From the NCBI GenBank assembly GCA_963736855.1, contig CAVTQK010000021.1, forward strand, positions 544,001-608,000: 64,000 nt of DNA, read 5' to 3'. A model generated the notes under the pieces. It ran no database searches and had not been told where the DNA came from. It saw only the letters and a program-made list of their open reading frames with translations. Made by a program: the position numbers and the translations under genes. Below, in pieces: positions 1 to 9,706 of this stretch. The stretch's first letter is position 1. Each line of letters opens with the position of its first letter. Source of the stretch: an uncultured delta proteobacterium. GTDB lineage: Bacteria; Desulfobacterota; Desulfobacteria; Desulfobacterales; UBA2156.

Positions 1-843
1 AGAAATAACCTGCGGGATGCCGACTCTTCCGGCCGACTCCATCCGATCGGCCCCGGCATCCCTCATGAAACCGAAGAGATGTTCGCCCACGCCGCCCGGT
101 GCAAGATCCACCACGCCGTTGAAAAATCCCTCCTGGATCATCTTTTCCATGGCCCGGTCCCCGATTCCGGCGGCTGAAAAGCCGATCACCTGGAATCCGG
201 CCCTCTCCAACCCCTCCCTGACAGCACTCGCGCATTTCTCGCATGGACCGAGCATGGTCAGCGCGATTTTTTTTCTATTTCCGGATTGGACCGGAGACAC
301 ATCGTCCCTGACCATGCCGGCCATGGCCCAAGCGGCCCGATCCAGAACGTTTTTCAAAAGGTCTGTCACACCGGAGATCTCAATGACCGAATGCAACAGA
401 GCGATGTCTCCGGTTCCGATGTAGCGAGTGGAAAGACCGGGAAGCGCTGCCGTGGAGCTGATCATCAGCTTGGGTATTCCGAACGGCAGGGATTGCATGA
501 CATCGCAAGCCATAAGCGACCCCGTGGAACCACCGATCCCAATAACACCGTTGATCCGTTTTTTCGAAAGCAGGTTCTTGGCAATGGCCGAAGCTCCTGT
601 CGTGATGATTCTCGTAATCCGGGCGCGGTCCCGGGATTCCCGGATTTCTTCGATACGCCCCCCGCCGGCTTCGGCCACATTTTCAGCGGGGATTTCAGCC
701 GAAAACCCGCCTTTCCCGCCCATGGAAATATCCATGATCTGCGGCATCATCCCGATGGCCGAAAGCTTATCCTTCAGATACCGTGTTTCTTCTCCCTTGG
801 TATCCAGCGTGGAAAGGATGAGGACGGATTTTTTTTTGGTCAT
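1..843 (-). CDS. Tm-1-like ATP-binding domain protein (UPF0261), runs off the window edge
   Basis: Not in the ORF track. Manual translation from ATG 843 gives MTKKKSVLILSTLDTKGEE...FSAAGIGDRAMEKMI...VVDLAPGGVGE...AGRVGIPQVIS, matching UPF0261 motifs; ATGA overlap with the upstream ligase. Confidence 0.8.
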   Translation of the reverse strand, partial: MTKKKSVLILSTLDTKGEETRYLKDKLSAIGMMPQIMDISMGGKGGFSAEIPAENVAEAGGGRIEEIRESRDRARITRIITTGASAIAKNLLSKKRINGVIGIGGSTGSLMACDVMQSLPFGIPKLMISSTAALPGLSTRYIGTGDIALLHSVIEISGVTDLLKNVLDRAAWAMAGMVRDDVSPVQSGNRKKIALTMLGPCEKCASAVREGLERAGFQVIGFSAAGIGDRAMEKMIQEGFFNGVVDLAPGGVGEHLFGFMRDAGADRMESAGRVGIPQVIS

Positions 844-2489
844 TTCGGTTTCACTTTTTCGGCAATGTCCTTTTTCAAGGCTTCTTTGTTTACCTTTCCC
901 GAATCCCCGACGATGGGAAAGGCTTCCACGATTTCAAGCCGCTCCGGCAGTTTGAACATCGCCAGCTTCTGGGCTTTCAGGAATTCCACCATTTCTTTAA
1001 AAGTAAAGGTCTGTCCCTGCTTGGGGATGACGTATGCGCAGGCCCGCTCTCCCATTTCCCTGTCCGGATATCCCACGATGGCCACCGATGATACCTTGGT
1101 ATGTTCGTTGAGCAACCCTTCGATTTCGGCAGGGTAAATGTTTTGGCCGCCTCGGATGATCATGTCCTTGGCCCGTCCCAAGATCCAGAGGCATCCCTTC
1201 TCAACCTTCACGATGTCACCGGTGGTGGTCCATCCATCCGGGTCGAATACCGTTGCGGTGAGGGCTTCATCCCGATAGTATCCGGCTGGTGCATGCGGTC
1301 CCCTGAAATACAAAATTCCCGGTTGTCCTTCTGGGACTTCTTTTCCCTCTTTATCGACAAGTCGCACCTTGTTTCCGGGCAGCATGCGGCCCACACTCCT
1401 TCGACGCAACTCTTTGGAATCATCGATACGACATCCGGAAACAGACCCCATATCCTGTGTGCCCAGGTCGGATGTGATCACCGCATTGAAGGCCTTCTCG
1501 ACTTCTTCGGCGATCTGGGGAGAAAGGTAACCGCCGGCCGACCGGATAAACCGTAAGGAACTGAGATCGTATTTGGAATAGTCGGCCTCCAGCATCCTGA
1601 TTAAGTGAGTGGGAACGACGCCGATGGCGGTGGCGTGTTCCTTTTCGATGAGGGCCAGCGCCGCATCCGGGGAGAACTCTTCCAGCATCACGGTCTTGGC
1701 GCCGACCAAGGGGGCAGCAAAATAGGTGAGCGTCCCGGCGGCGCCCCCGGCGTGCGGAGCGATGGCCATGGCGATGTCGTCTTTCGTAAGGTCCCACAGC
1801 CCAATGCGTCCTTTGGAAGTACAAACACGCGGGGCTGTGGGCCATTCCACCAGCTTGGGAATTCCGGTGGTCCCGGAAGTCGTGGTAAGAATCGCCACGT
1901 TCCATATGGGATCGAGCCGGCGGGCATCCAGTATGGATTCGTTCAACGGCTTCTTGGCCCGATCAAAAGCTATTTTCGTCAACGAATAAGTCCCTTCCGG
2001 GGCATGCGGAGGAACCTGATCATCAAAAAGAAAAATCCTTCTTAGATGGGGAAATTCCTTCTGAAGCTCCCGGTACATTTCAAGATAGTCGAATTTGTTA
2101 TAAACATGAGGAATGACCACGGCGGAAGCCTTGGTCCGCTCCACCATATAGTGAAGCTCCCTTTGGCGCAGGTAAGGATACACAGTCAACGATATCAGAC
2201 CCGCACGCTCGCAGGCGATGCGCGAAAGAAACCCGAATACGCTGTTGGGTGACTGAATGATGACCCGGGAAAATTTTTCGATGCCCATCTCCACCCAAGA
2301 AGCGGCAATAGCATCCACCAAGCGCTTGGCCTCGGCCCATGTCAATCGATATTTGGAATCGACCAGGGCCTCCCGGTCTCCCAACTCCCGCGCATTTCTT
2401 TCATAAAAGTCGAAAAAAGTTTCCCGGGTCCAGTGTCCGTCTTTCACGAATTCATCGACCATCTTTTCGTTGTAACGGATCGGTTTCAA
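840..2489 (-). CDS. AMP-binding acyl/aryl-CoA ligase (candidate hydroxybenzoate-CoA ligase)
   Basis: TTTSGTTGIPK AMP-binding loop, TGD, RGGQNIYPAEIE, GKVNK; TTG start with GGAGG RBS. Confidence 0.85.
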   Translation of the reverse strand: MKPIRYNEKMVDEFVKDGHWTRETFFDFYERNARELGDREALVDSKYRLTWAEAKRLVDAIAASWVEMGIEKFSRVIIQSPNSVFGFLSRIACERAGLISLTVYPYLRQRELHYMVERTKASAVVIPHVYNKFDYLEMYRELQKEFPHLRRIFLFDDQVPPHAPEGTYSLTKIAFDRAKKPLNESILDARRLDPIWNVAILTTTSGTTGIPKLVEWPTAPRVCTSKGRIGLWDLTKDDIAMAIAPHAGGAAGTLTYFAAPLVGAKTVMLEEFSPDAALALIEKEHATAIGVVPTHLIRMLEADYSKYDLSSLRFIRSAGGYLSPQIAEEVEKAFNAVITSDLGTQDMGSVSGCRIDDSKELRRRSVGRMLPGNKVRLVDKEGKEVPEGQPGILYFRGPHAPAGYYRDEALTATVFDPDGWTTTGDIVKVEKGCLWILGRAKDMIIRGGQNIYPAEIEGLLNEHTKVSSVAIVGYPDREMGERACAYVIPKQGQTFTFKEMVEFLKAQKLAMFKLPERLEIVEAFPIVGDSGKVNKEALKKDIAEKVKPK

Positions 2490-2564
2490 AACTTAACCTC
2501 CTTGGTTCATACAGGGTCATTTCAAATGTTCCCGGGAAGGGAATACCGTGCTCGATGCTTTCGA

Positions 2565-3089
2565 TTATTTCCCGGGTTCATCCTTTTCCTTTCGGGACCG
2601 GATACTCGATTTGAAGGTGTCCCAGAAGTCCTTGTTCTTATTTTTCCATGCCGCTCCGAAGCGTTTTTCAAAATAAGAGCTTGGAAGCCGTTCTTCCCAT
2701 GATTCCCAGGGATTCACCCCTTCTTTTTTAGACTTTAAAACATCGATGAGAAATGACTCGATGTTGTTGAGCTCTTCCTTGGGTACATAGGATGCAGCCC
2801 CCTCCTTGATGGATTTCACGATACTCCCGGGGGTCAGTGCATGCGCTGTCAACATGACGGCAGGGATCCCCTTCTTCTTGGCGATTTCAAGCAGTCCATA
2901 ACCACCCACGCCCATGATATCCAAGATCGCAATATCGAAATTCCGGGTCTCCAGCAGACGCTTGGCCTGCTCAAAGGAAGAGGCTTTCACCAGTTCACAC
3001 ATGGGAAGGAGGTCTTCCAAGGTCTCCAGGATGTCCGGTTCGTCGTCTACAGCCAGAATCCGCTTTCCGTCCAGGGGATTGTTTGACAT
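2565..3089 (-). CDS. Response regulator (receiver domain plus short C-terminal extension)
   Basis: ILAVDDEPD, LDIMG, MLTA, YVPK; start moved to MSNNPLDGK. Confidence 0.8.
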   Translation of the reverse strand: MSNNPLDGKRILAVDDEPDILETLEDLLPMCELVKASSFEQAKRLLETRNFDIAILDIMGVGGYGLLEIAKKKGIPAVMLTAHALTPGSIVKSIKEGAASYVPKEELNNIESFLIDVLKSKKEGVNPWESWEERLPSSYFEKRFGAAWKNKNKDFWDTFKSSIRSRKEKDEPGK

Positions 3090-3213
3090 GATCCATACTC
3101 CTTGACTCGGTTTGCCGACGGCGGCCTTCGTATGCAGAGGGATTTCCGGCAAACCCATCATTTTGGTATTAAGGTTGCGCCGGTATAGATCTGGTCCTTC
3201 GCAACCGAGCAAG

Positions 3214-4626
3214 CTACAGTCCCAATTCGGACCACCGTGACTTTACACGCCTGACTATTTCCGCATCCAGCTCGATGGGAATCGGCTTTTTTTCCCAGTC
3301 ATAGGGAATGGTGGCGTCCATGAGGAGTCTCCCGGTGATGTCCCGGGAATCGATGGGCAGAGATGGATCCAGCGGTGTGGAGCGGCCCCGTTTGATGATT
3401 TGGCACCGGTTGGGCTGGAAGCGGAAGCTTAAGGCATACATGACCCGGGGAATGTCCCATGGATCGATGTCTTCGTCCACGACGATGACCGTTTTCAAGC
3501 CGTAGGCGCCCATCTCCGTAGAAATGGCCGCGGTCAGGACCTGATCCGCATGTCCGGGATACATCTGCTTCATGGAAATGATGGCCAGAAACCTTCCGGA
3601 TCCTTCCGGCGGGCAGTAAACAGCCTTCAATCCCGGAATTTTCATCGCCAACAACTGTTGCCAGAGGGCAGCCCCATAAGATAGGGCCATGGTCATGTGA
3701 GTATCCGTGACGGCCCGGCCCACCGTGGTCCCCCAGAAGATGGGGTTGTTCCGGAAGGTAACGCATTTGACGTCGATGAAATTGCGTGGATCGGTTCCCA
3801 CGCCGGAATAATAACCGGTATATTCCCCGAATGGGCCTTCCTCCATGAATTTTTCGGCATCCACTTCTCCTTCAACGACAATCTCTGCATGGGCGGGAAT
3901 CGGCAGATCCACCGTTTCGCCTTTGACGACCTCCACCGGCTCCTTCCGAAGCGCGCCACACACATCGTATTCGGACACGAAGGCCGAAACCCGTGCAGCA
4001 CCTACAATAAAGAGAAGCGGATCGCACCCCACCACCGAGGCCACCGGCATCGGTTTATGCATTGCCTGGTATTTTTTCAGCATGATATCCGCGTGTTTCC
4101 CCTTGATGAACTGGGTTCCGATCTTGTTTTTGCCCAAAAGCTGACTTCGGTAGGTCCCCAGGTTGACCCAATCACTGTCAGGGTCCTTGCTGATGATGAA
4201 ATGGGCTGTTCCAAAAAAACGTCCACCGTCTTTGGGATAAAATTTGGGAACCGGGAATTTATAAAGATCGATATCATCGCCCTTCAGGATGTTTTCTTTA
4301 CAAGGCGCCTGGGATTTATTCACCTCCTTTGGCGGTACCAGGTTTTCCCCGAGCTTGGCCCACGCCACATAAAGATCCACCAGGGTTGAATCGAGCGGCT
4401 GGCCCATGATCATCGCCAGCCTTTGGGTCGTCGTGCACACACTGGTGATGACCGGCGTCTTGTAGCCTTTGACGTTTTCAAAAAGAAGCGCCGGGCCGCT
4501 TTCTTCCTCGTTGAGCTTGGCGATATGGGAAAGTTCCAGGTTCCAGTCCACTTCCGCCTTGATTCGCTTCAACAATCCCTCGGATTCTGCCTTCGCTATA
4601 AAATCCCTCATGCTTTTCATACCCAT
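3214..4626 (-). CDS. ppcB: Phenylphosphate carboxylase beta subunit (UbiD family)
   Basis: EVDWNLELSH, EGPFGEYTGYY, IKRGRSTPLDP, GRFLAIISMKQMYPGH closely resemble PpcB; start at 4626 after GGAGG; adjacent to ppsAB. Confidence 0.8.
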   Translation of the reverse strand: MGMKSMRDFIAKAESEGLLKRIKAEVDWNLELSHIAKLNEEESGPALLFENVKGYKTPVITSVCTTTQRLAMIMGQPLDSTLVDLYVAWAKLGENLVPPKEVNKSQAPCKENILKGDDIDLYKFPVPKFYPKDGGRFFGTAHFIISKDPDSDWVNLGTYRSQLLGKNKIGTQFIKGKHADIMLKKYQAMHKPMPVASVVGCDPLLFIVGAARVSAFVSEYDVCGALRKEPVEVVKGETVDLPIPAHAEIVVEGEVDAEKFMEEGPFGEYTGYYSGVGTDPRNFIDVKCVTFRNNPIFWGTTVGRAVTDTHMTMALSYGAALWQQLLAMKIPGLKAVYCPPEGSGRFLAIISMKQMYPGHADQVLTAAISTEMGAYGLKTVIVVDEDIDPWDIPRVMYALSFRFQPNRCQIIKRGRSTPLDPSLPIDSRDITGRLLMDATIPYDWEKKPIPIELDAEIVRRVKSRWSELGL

Positions 4627-4651
4627 GAACTTGACCTCCATTTGCGTATTA

Positions 4652-4718
4652 TTGATGAAATCGTAAAAAGGCTGATTTTTCTCGCGCCGCTCACAAAACC
4701 TTTTTACGAAGCCATCAA
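4652..4718. repeat. REP-like imperfect inverted repeat
   Basis: TTGATGAAATCGTAAAAAGG ... CCTTTTTACGAAGCCATCAA between ppsB and ppcB. Confidence 0.6.
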
Positions 4719-4760
4719 ATATTAGCTCGTTTAATAAACCGACGATACTTTTCAAGCCGT

Positions 4761-5831
4761 CTATTGGGGGATTTTGATCCGCTTCATGGCCTGTTCCATC
4801 AGCAGCTCATACCCGCTTTTGGCGCCGATGACGGATTTAGCCTGTTTTCGGCTCCAAACGGTTTCCGGCCTTGCCTGAACGATGAAGATGTTATCGGGAA
4901 AGGGCCTATCCGTGTCGATGGCCCATTCGATATCCATGGGCTTTCCGTAATGGCGTTCGATATACTTGGCGATTTTGACGAGCTCCTTGATCTCCCGATC
5001 TTCAAGACAGCAGATGCACTGTCTTTCCGGTTCGACATCCACGTTGACCACCCGGCCTTTCTCCGAATCAAAAACACATTCGATGTGTTTGGCGGAGATG
5101 TCTTTTACTCCCGCTTCCAGGATGACTTTATCCACGACAAAGCGGTCCGGATTCACCGACCCGGACACCACGGTCTCCCCGAGTCCCCAGCTCCCCTCAA
5201 TGACGACCTTGGAAGGGTCTCCGTTGATCGGATTGAGGGTAAACATAACGCCGGCCGCTTTGGAATTGACCATTTTCTGAACCCCGACGCTGATGAAAAC
5301 CTTTTCGTGTGGAAATCGATTTCGGACTCGGTAGGCAATGGCCCGTGAGGTAAACAGGCTGGCCCAGCAGCGCTGAACATGTTTAGCCACTTCGGATCCG
5401 CCCTTTATCCAGAGATAGGTATCCTGTTGACCCGCGAAGCTGGCCGTGGGCAGATCTTCGGCAGTCGCGCTCGACCTGACAGCCACCGGTATAATCTGTA
5501 AACCGCATTGATCGCAGAGCCTATTATAGCTTTCTTCGATGGAAGCTCGAATATCCGGAGCCAAGGTAGCTTTTTGAATCAAGTTTTGAATGGTTTCAGA
5601 AGCTGCATCCAGGGATGAAACATCGTCGACATTCACGGCGGACAGCACTTCGAGGATGGTATCCTGGATCCCTGCCCGTGTGATGAAGTGAACATAGGCG
5701 TCGGTGGTAACGGCATAGCCAGGGGGGACCCGAATGCCGGCCTTGATCATCTCACCCAAGCTTGCATTCTTACCTCCCACCACGGAGAGCGAATGCTTAT
5801 CCAGATCTCTTAAATCCAGGACGTATTGCAT
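4761..5831 (-). CDS. ppsB: Phenylphosphate synthase beta subunit (PEP synthase ATP-grasp domain)
   Basis: VGGKNASLGEM, AVRSSATAEDLPTASFAGQQDT, DIEWA, QARPET; stand-alone N-terminal PEP-synthase domain. Confidence 0.85.
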   Translation of the reverse strand: MQYVLDLRDLDKHSLSVVGGKNASLGEMIKAGIRVPPGYAVTTDAYVHFITRAGIQDTILEVLSAVNVDDVSSLDAASETIQNLIQKATLAPDIRASIEESYNRLCDQCGLQIIPVAVRSSATAEDLPTASFAGQQDTYLWIKGGSEVAKHVQRCWASLFTSRAIAYRVRNRFPHEKVFISVGVQKMVNSKAAGVMFTLNPINGDPSKVVIEGSWGLGETVVSGSVNPDRFVVDKVILEAGVKDISAKHIECVFDSEKGRVVNVDVEPERQCICCLEDREIKELVKIAKYIERHYGKPMDIEWAIDTDRPFPDNIFIVQARPETVWSRKQAKSVIGAKSGYELLMEQAMKRIKIPQ

Positions 5832-5965
5832 CCCTTCTTCTCTTTCTCCACCCCCTACCCCCTCTCCTTTACATTTCCGATGAAAGATGAAAGGAGAGGG
5901 GATTTTGTTGGCCTCGGAGATCCGGTGAGATTCAGGGGGCCGTAGAGTCTCACATGGATTCCGGT

Positions 5966-7822
5966 TTATGAGGCCCTTTTGACAATAGTGACCACGCCTG
6001 TATCACCATCCACCCGAATGATGTCTCCGGTTTTGATGATAGAAGTGGAAATCCCGGTTCCGGTTACGGATGGAACGCCGTATTCCCGGCACACAATAGC
6101 TGCGTGACTGGTAAGACCACCAATATCGGTCACCGTCGCTTTAATCTGGGTGAAGACCGGGGCCCAGGAAGGGTTGGTGGACGGGCATACCAGGACTTCT
6201 CCGGCTTGGAGTTTCACGATATCTTTGAGCAGCTTCAGAACCCTTGCCGGGCCTTCGGCAACACCTGCAGACGCAGCAAATCCTTTGATCTCGTTGACAT
6301 CTCCTCCTGCAGAGGCATCGACGCCTTTTAGCCACTCCTTGACTTTGTCTGTGGTGATACCCCAGAGCATGATCGTAAAAGGTTCCGCCACTTCTTCGGG
6401 GGGTACACCCAGGGCCGGCGTGGGAGCCCAATTCTTTGCTGCATCCAGGATTTTTCTGCGTTTCTTAACCTTATCTTTGTAATAGGCGCCCCGATGCGCG
6501 ATGTTTTCCCCCAGGGCCCACCATGTGGACACTTCCGTCAAAAGTTCGGGAATTTCATAGCGATTGAACATGAAAAGATCATCCGCCTCTTCGATCATCC
6601 CGCATTTGACCAGGAGTGCGCCGATCTTCCTGATTTTCTGATACCAAATAGTATGGAACCAATGTTCGACCCAGAAGAGATGATCTTCGGCATACCGATA
6701 TATCGTCCGAATGGTGGTATAAGCGCCGTCAAAGGATTTCCGGTCTTCCTCGGTTTTAATCAAGGCGCGGTATTCGGAAACGATGGCATCCCTTCGTTTT
6801 TCGATTTCATCCAGGGACCGCTCGATGGTTTCCCCTCTTTCCAGACGCTCCACGTAACTTTTGATATACCCATAGGGAATTTCAGGGGCCGTGATCCAGC
6901 TTCCCTCATAGTGAAACCATCCGCTGCCGCAGGACACATAAAACCAGGGATCTTTAGCTTTTTCATACTCTTCCAGCCATTGCCTTCCATCCGGCGTCTT
7001 TTGGAGTTCGGCAATCTTTTCTTTCACTGAAACGTTCTTCTTAATCACCTCTGCAACGCCCCTCAATGATTTCGCCAACCGCGCCAGACGGCAGAGCTCT
7101 TCTTCAGGCCGGAACATGGACACATAGGCGCCGGCCACCATCTTTCCGATGGCGCTCTCGCTGATGCCCGGGAAAAGTTTTCTCGCCACATCGGCAAACA
7201 TGAGATATGCCAGATATGTCAGGTTGAGCATTTCGAAATGATACTGCCACCCTTTGAACACTTGGTTCACCAGCGTGTCGAAGGCGGCAATAAGGTCATA
7301 GGAAATATAACATCCGGTAGGTACCGGAAGTACCTGATCTTCGGGAACAAATTTCGGGAATGCATCCGGAATTTCAACGGCCTTCATTTCTTCGCCGAGT
7401 TTTTTAAATTTTATCAGCCACTTGTCCCACAACTCGTCATAGTGCTCAAACACGTAAAAGACCCTCTTACCAAAATGCCCGGCCTTTTCCTGGATGATCT
7501 CCGGCGGCGGGGGTGCAACTGCACAAATGTAAAGATAGCAGCCCATCAACCGCTGGGCGATGCCCTGTGCCGGGGGAATGCAAAAGACGCGGGTGGTATA
7601 CTGGGAAAGGGAGATCTGCCATGCCTCCTGGAAAATAAGATCTAATGGAGGCAAAGGATCGGGGGCATGGATCTTGTCCTGGTACCAGAATTGCTGTTTT
7701 TCCCACTGGCCTCTGTCCTCTGAAAAGAAAAAGTGTGACGGGTACATCTCTTTCCAGCCTTCAAGCTCAGAGGGGACCTGAAACTCGTGGGGATCGGGAA
7801 ATCTTCCTGGTTTTTCTGCCAT
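5966..7822 (-). CDS. ppsA: Phenylphosphate synthase alpha subunit (phosphohistidine swivel domain)
   Basis: FPDPHE..EGWKEMYP N-terminus typical of PpsA; C-terminal GGLTSHAAIVCREYG catalytic His motif. Confidence 0.85.
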   Translation of the reverse strand: MAEKPGRFPDPHEFQVPSELEGWKEMYPSHFFFSEDRGQWEKQQFWYQDKIHAPDPLPPLDLIFQEAWQISLSQYTTRVFCIPPAQGIAQRLMGCYLYICAVAPPPPEIIQEKAGHFGKRVFYVFEHYDELWDKWLIKFKKLGEEMKAVEIPDAFPKFVPEDQVLPVPTGCYISYDLIAAFDTLVNQVFKGWQYHFEMLNLTYLAYLMFADVARKLFPGISESAIGKMVAGAYVSMFRPEEELCRLARLAKSLRGVAEVIKKNVSVKEKIAELQKTPDGRQWLEEYEKAKDPWFYVSCGSGWFHYEGSWITAPEIPYGYIKSYVERLERGETIERSLDEIEKRRDAIVSEYRALIKTEEDRKSFDGAYTTIRTIYRYAEDHLFWVEHWFHTIWYQKIRKIGALLVKCGMIEEADDLFMFNRYEIPELLTEVSTWWALGENIAHRGAYYKDKVKKRRKILDAAKNWAPTPALGVPPEEVAEPFTIMLWGITTDKVKEWLKGVDASAGGDVNEIKGFAASAGVAEGPARVLKLLKDIVKLQAGEVLVCPSTNPSWAPVFTQIKATVTDIGGLTSHAAIVCREYGVPSVTGTGISTSIIKTGDIIRVDGDTGVVTIVKRAS

Positions 7823-8032
7823 TTTTCCTCTCCTTTGTTAGGGGGTTACGCACATATAGATGGAGCTACATCTCCCGCTTGCGCGCGGAAAAGAATGGAC
7901 AGGAATCAAAAAAGGAACCTCAAAACGGTCTGTGCCGCCGGTCGAGCGGTTTTCACCGGCGATCCGATTGCTCTTGGGCACAGTTTTGGGCTCTCTGCCA
8001 TTAAAAGTCAATTTGATAATTTTTATGTCTAT

Positions 8033-8049
8033 TATAAATAAAATTTATA
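8033..8049. promoter_or_regulatory. Putative LysR binding box
   Basis: Perfect dyad TATAAAT-AAA-ATTTATA containing T-N11-A in the AT-rich divergent ppsA/LysR intergenic region. Confidence 0.55.
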
Positions 8050-8161
8050 CTAATGGATAAAATCATAAAATATCTTTACGATTTTCGAAAAATCTCTTAA
8101 TATTTATTTTCAGGTTATTCGGGAAGTGACTTCTCCCTCGAATCCATCAGCAAGTGATGCC

Positions 8162-9181
8162 ATGATCAATTTCAATCATCTCCGGATTTTTTTCCATGCG
8201 GCCAAAAGCCAGAACTTTACTCAAGCGGCCAATGACCTGTTCATCACACAGCCTGCGGTTTCAGCCCAGATCAAATGGCTCGAGGAGGCCTGCAACCTGA
8301 TCTTCTTTAAAAAGAGAGGACGACGGGTCCACCTCACCGAAGAAGGAAAAATCCTGTTTGACTACGTCCGGAGGATCTTTGAATTTGAACGTGAGATCGA
8401 AAACGTCATCGAGGATATGCAGCAGCTAAAAATCGGCGTCCTTCGCCTGGGAACCACCAAGACCTATGCCCGGTATTTCATGCCCCTGATGGTCAGCACC
8501 TTTCACGAAAACCATCCCAATATCAAAATCCAGCTCAACGAGGGAAGCTCCCTGGAAATGACTTACAGCCTCCTCGAATTGAAAAACGAGGTAGCCGTCA
8601 TCGCAAAGGTCGAAGATCATCCGGATGTTCAACTGGCTCCTTTCAGCCGTGAAGAAATCGTGGCCATTGCACCGGCCGGCCATCCTTTGGCACAGAAAAA
8701 TAAAGTATCGGTCCAAGAATTGGCGCAAGAACCGATCATCATGAAAGAAATCGGCTCCGGAACTCGAAAACGCGTAACGGAATTATTTGCCGAAGCCGGC
8801 CATACACCCAACATACTTATGGAAACCGGCAACACCGAATTCATCAAACAACTGGTTCAGCGAGGAGAAGGGATCTCCTTTCTGGTCAAGGAAGCCGTCT
8901 GGACTGAAGTTCAAGACAAAAAACTTGCCATACTTCCGATCAGGGGTAAACCACTTTTCCTGGATGTCAGCGTGGCATATCTGAAGAATCAACATCTGTC
9001 CCCTCCGGCCAAGGCCTTTATCCGGATTTTGGACCAGATCAAACCCGGTGATCTGACCCTCAAAGGGATCGGGTCCCTGATGGCGAAAATGTTGGCCAAC
9101 AGAAATATGCCCGTCAGCGAAACGAAAGTAGAAAGACTATCAGATGTACCTATCAGGAGGAAGGAGCGACATGATCTTTGA
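8162..9181 (+). CDS. LysR family transcriptional regulator
   Basis: NFTQAANDLFITQPAVSAQIKWLE HTH, LTEEG, KEIGSGTR substrate-binding domain. Confidence 0.9.
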   Translation: MINFNHLRIFFHAAKSQNFTQAANDLFITQPAVSAQIKWLEEACNLIFFKKRGRRVHLTEEGKILFDYVRRIFEFEREIENVIEDMQQLKIGVLRLGTTKTYARYFMPLMVSTFHENHPNIKIQLNEGSSLEMTYSLLELKNEVAVIAKVEDHPDVQLAPFSREEIVAIAPAGHPLAQKNKVSVQELAQEPIIMKEIGSGTRKRVTELFAEAGHTPNILMETGNTEFIKQLVQRGEGISFLVKEAVWTEVQDKKLAILPIRGKPLFLDVSVAYLKNQHLSPPAKAFIRILDQIKPGDLTLKGIGSLMAKMLANRNMPVSETKVERLSDVPIRRKERHDL

Positions 9182-9689
9182 AATCGATGGGAAACGTCCT
9201 AAAATCGGCGATCACGTCTTCATCGCGCCCACGGCGGTGATCATCGGAAACGTGGAAATCCACGACGGCGCCAGCATCTGGTACGGGACGGTCCTGCGGG
9301 GAGATATGGATGCCATCGTCGTGGGCGAGGATACGAATATCCAGGACAATTGCATCGTGCATACGGATTACGGAAACCCCGCTATCCTGGGCGACCGCGT
9401 GACCGTCGGGCACAATGCCGTGATCCATGGATGCATCGTGGAAGATGAAAGCCTCATCGGCATCGGCGCCATCGTCCTGACCGGCGCGGTCGTCAAGAAA
9501 CATACGGTGGTGGCAGCAGGGAGCCTTGTCCTGGAAAATCAGTCCGTAGGCCCGACTCAACTGGTGGCAGGTACTCCGGCCGCCGTCAAACGGACTCTTT
9601 CAAAGGAAGAATTGCAGGTTTTTAAAAAACCGTTGGAAAATTATCTGCATCTTTCCAAAATCAACGCCAAAATCAAAAGGATCGACTGA
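9171..9689 (+). CDS. Gamma-carbonic anhydrase family protein (YrdA/PaaY/CaiE-like)
   Basis: Hexapeptide repeats, LRGD, NIQDNCIVH, VGHNAVIHGC (three metal-binding His). Confidence 0.85.
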   Translation: MIFEIDGKRPKIGDHVFIAPTAVIIGNVEIHDGASIWYGTVLRGDMDAIVVGEDTNIQDNCIVHTDYGNPAILGDRVTVGHNAVIHGCIVEDESLIGIGAIVLTGAVVKKHTVVAAGSLVLENQSVGPTQLVAGTPAAVKRTLSKEELQVFKKPLENYLHLSKINAKIKRID

Positions 9690-9706
9690 GCCGAAAGAGA
9701 ACCGTT

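Noticed and set aside
17..1137. Long + strand ORFs (17-424, 286-1137, 428-955)
   Set aside because: Antisense shadows of the minus-strand UPF0261 and CoA-ligase genes.
7900..8000. GGCAC motifs upstream of ppsA as a sigma54 promoter
   Set aside because: No GC at the required GG-N10-GC spacing in the direction of ppsA.
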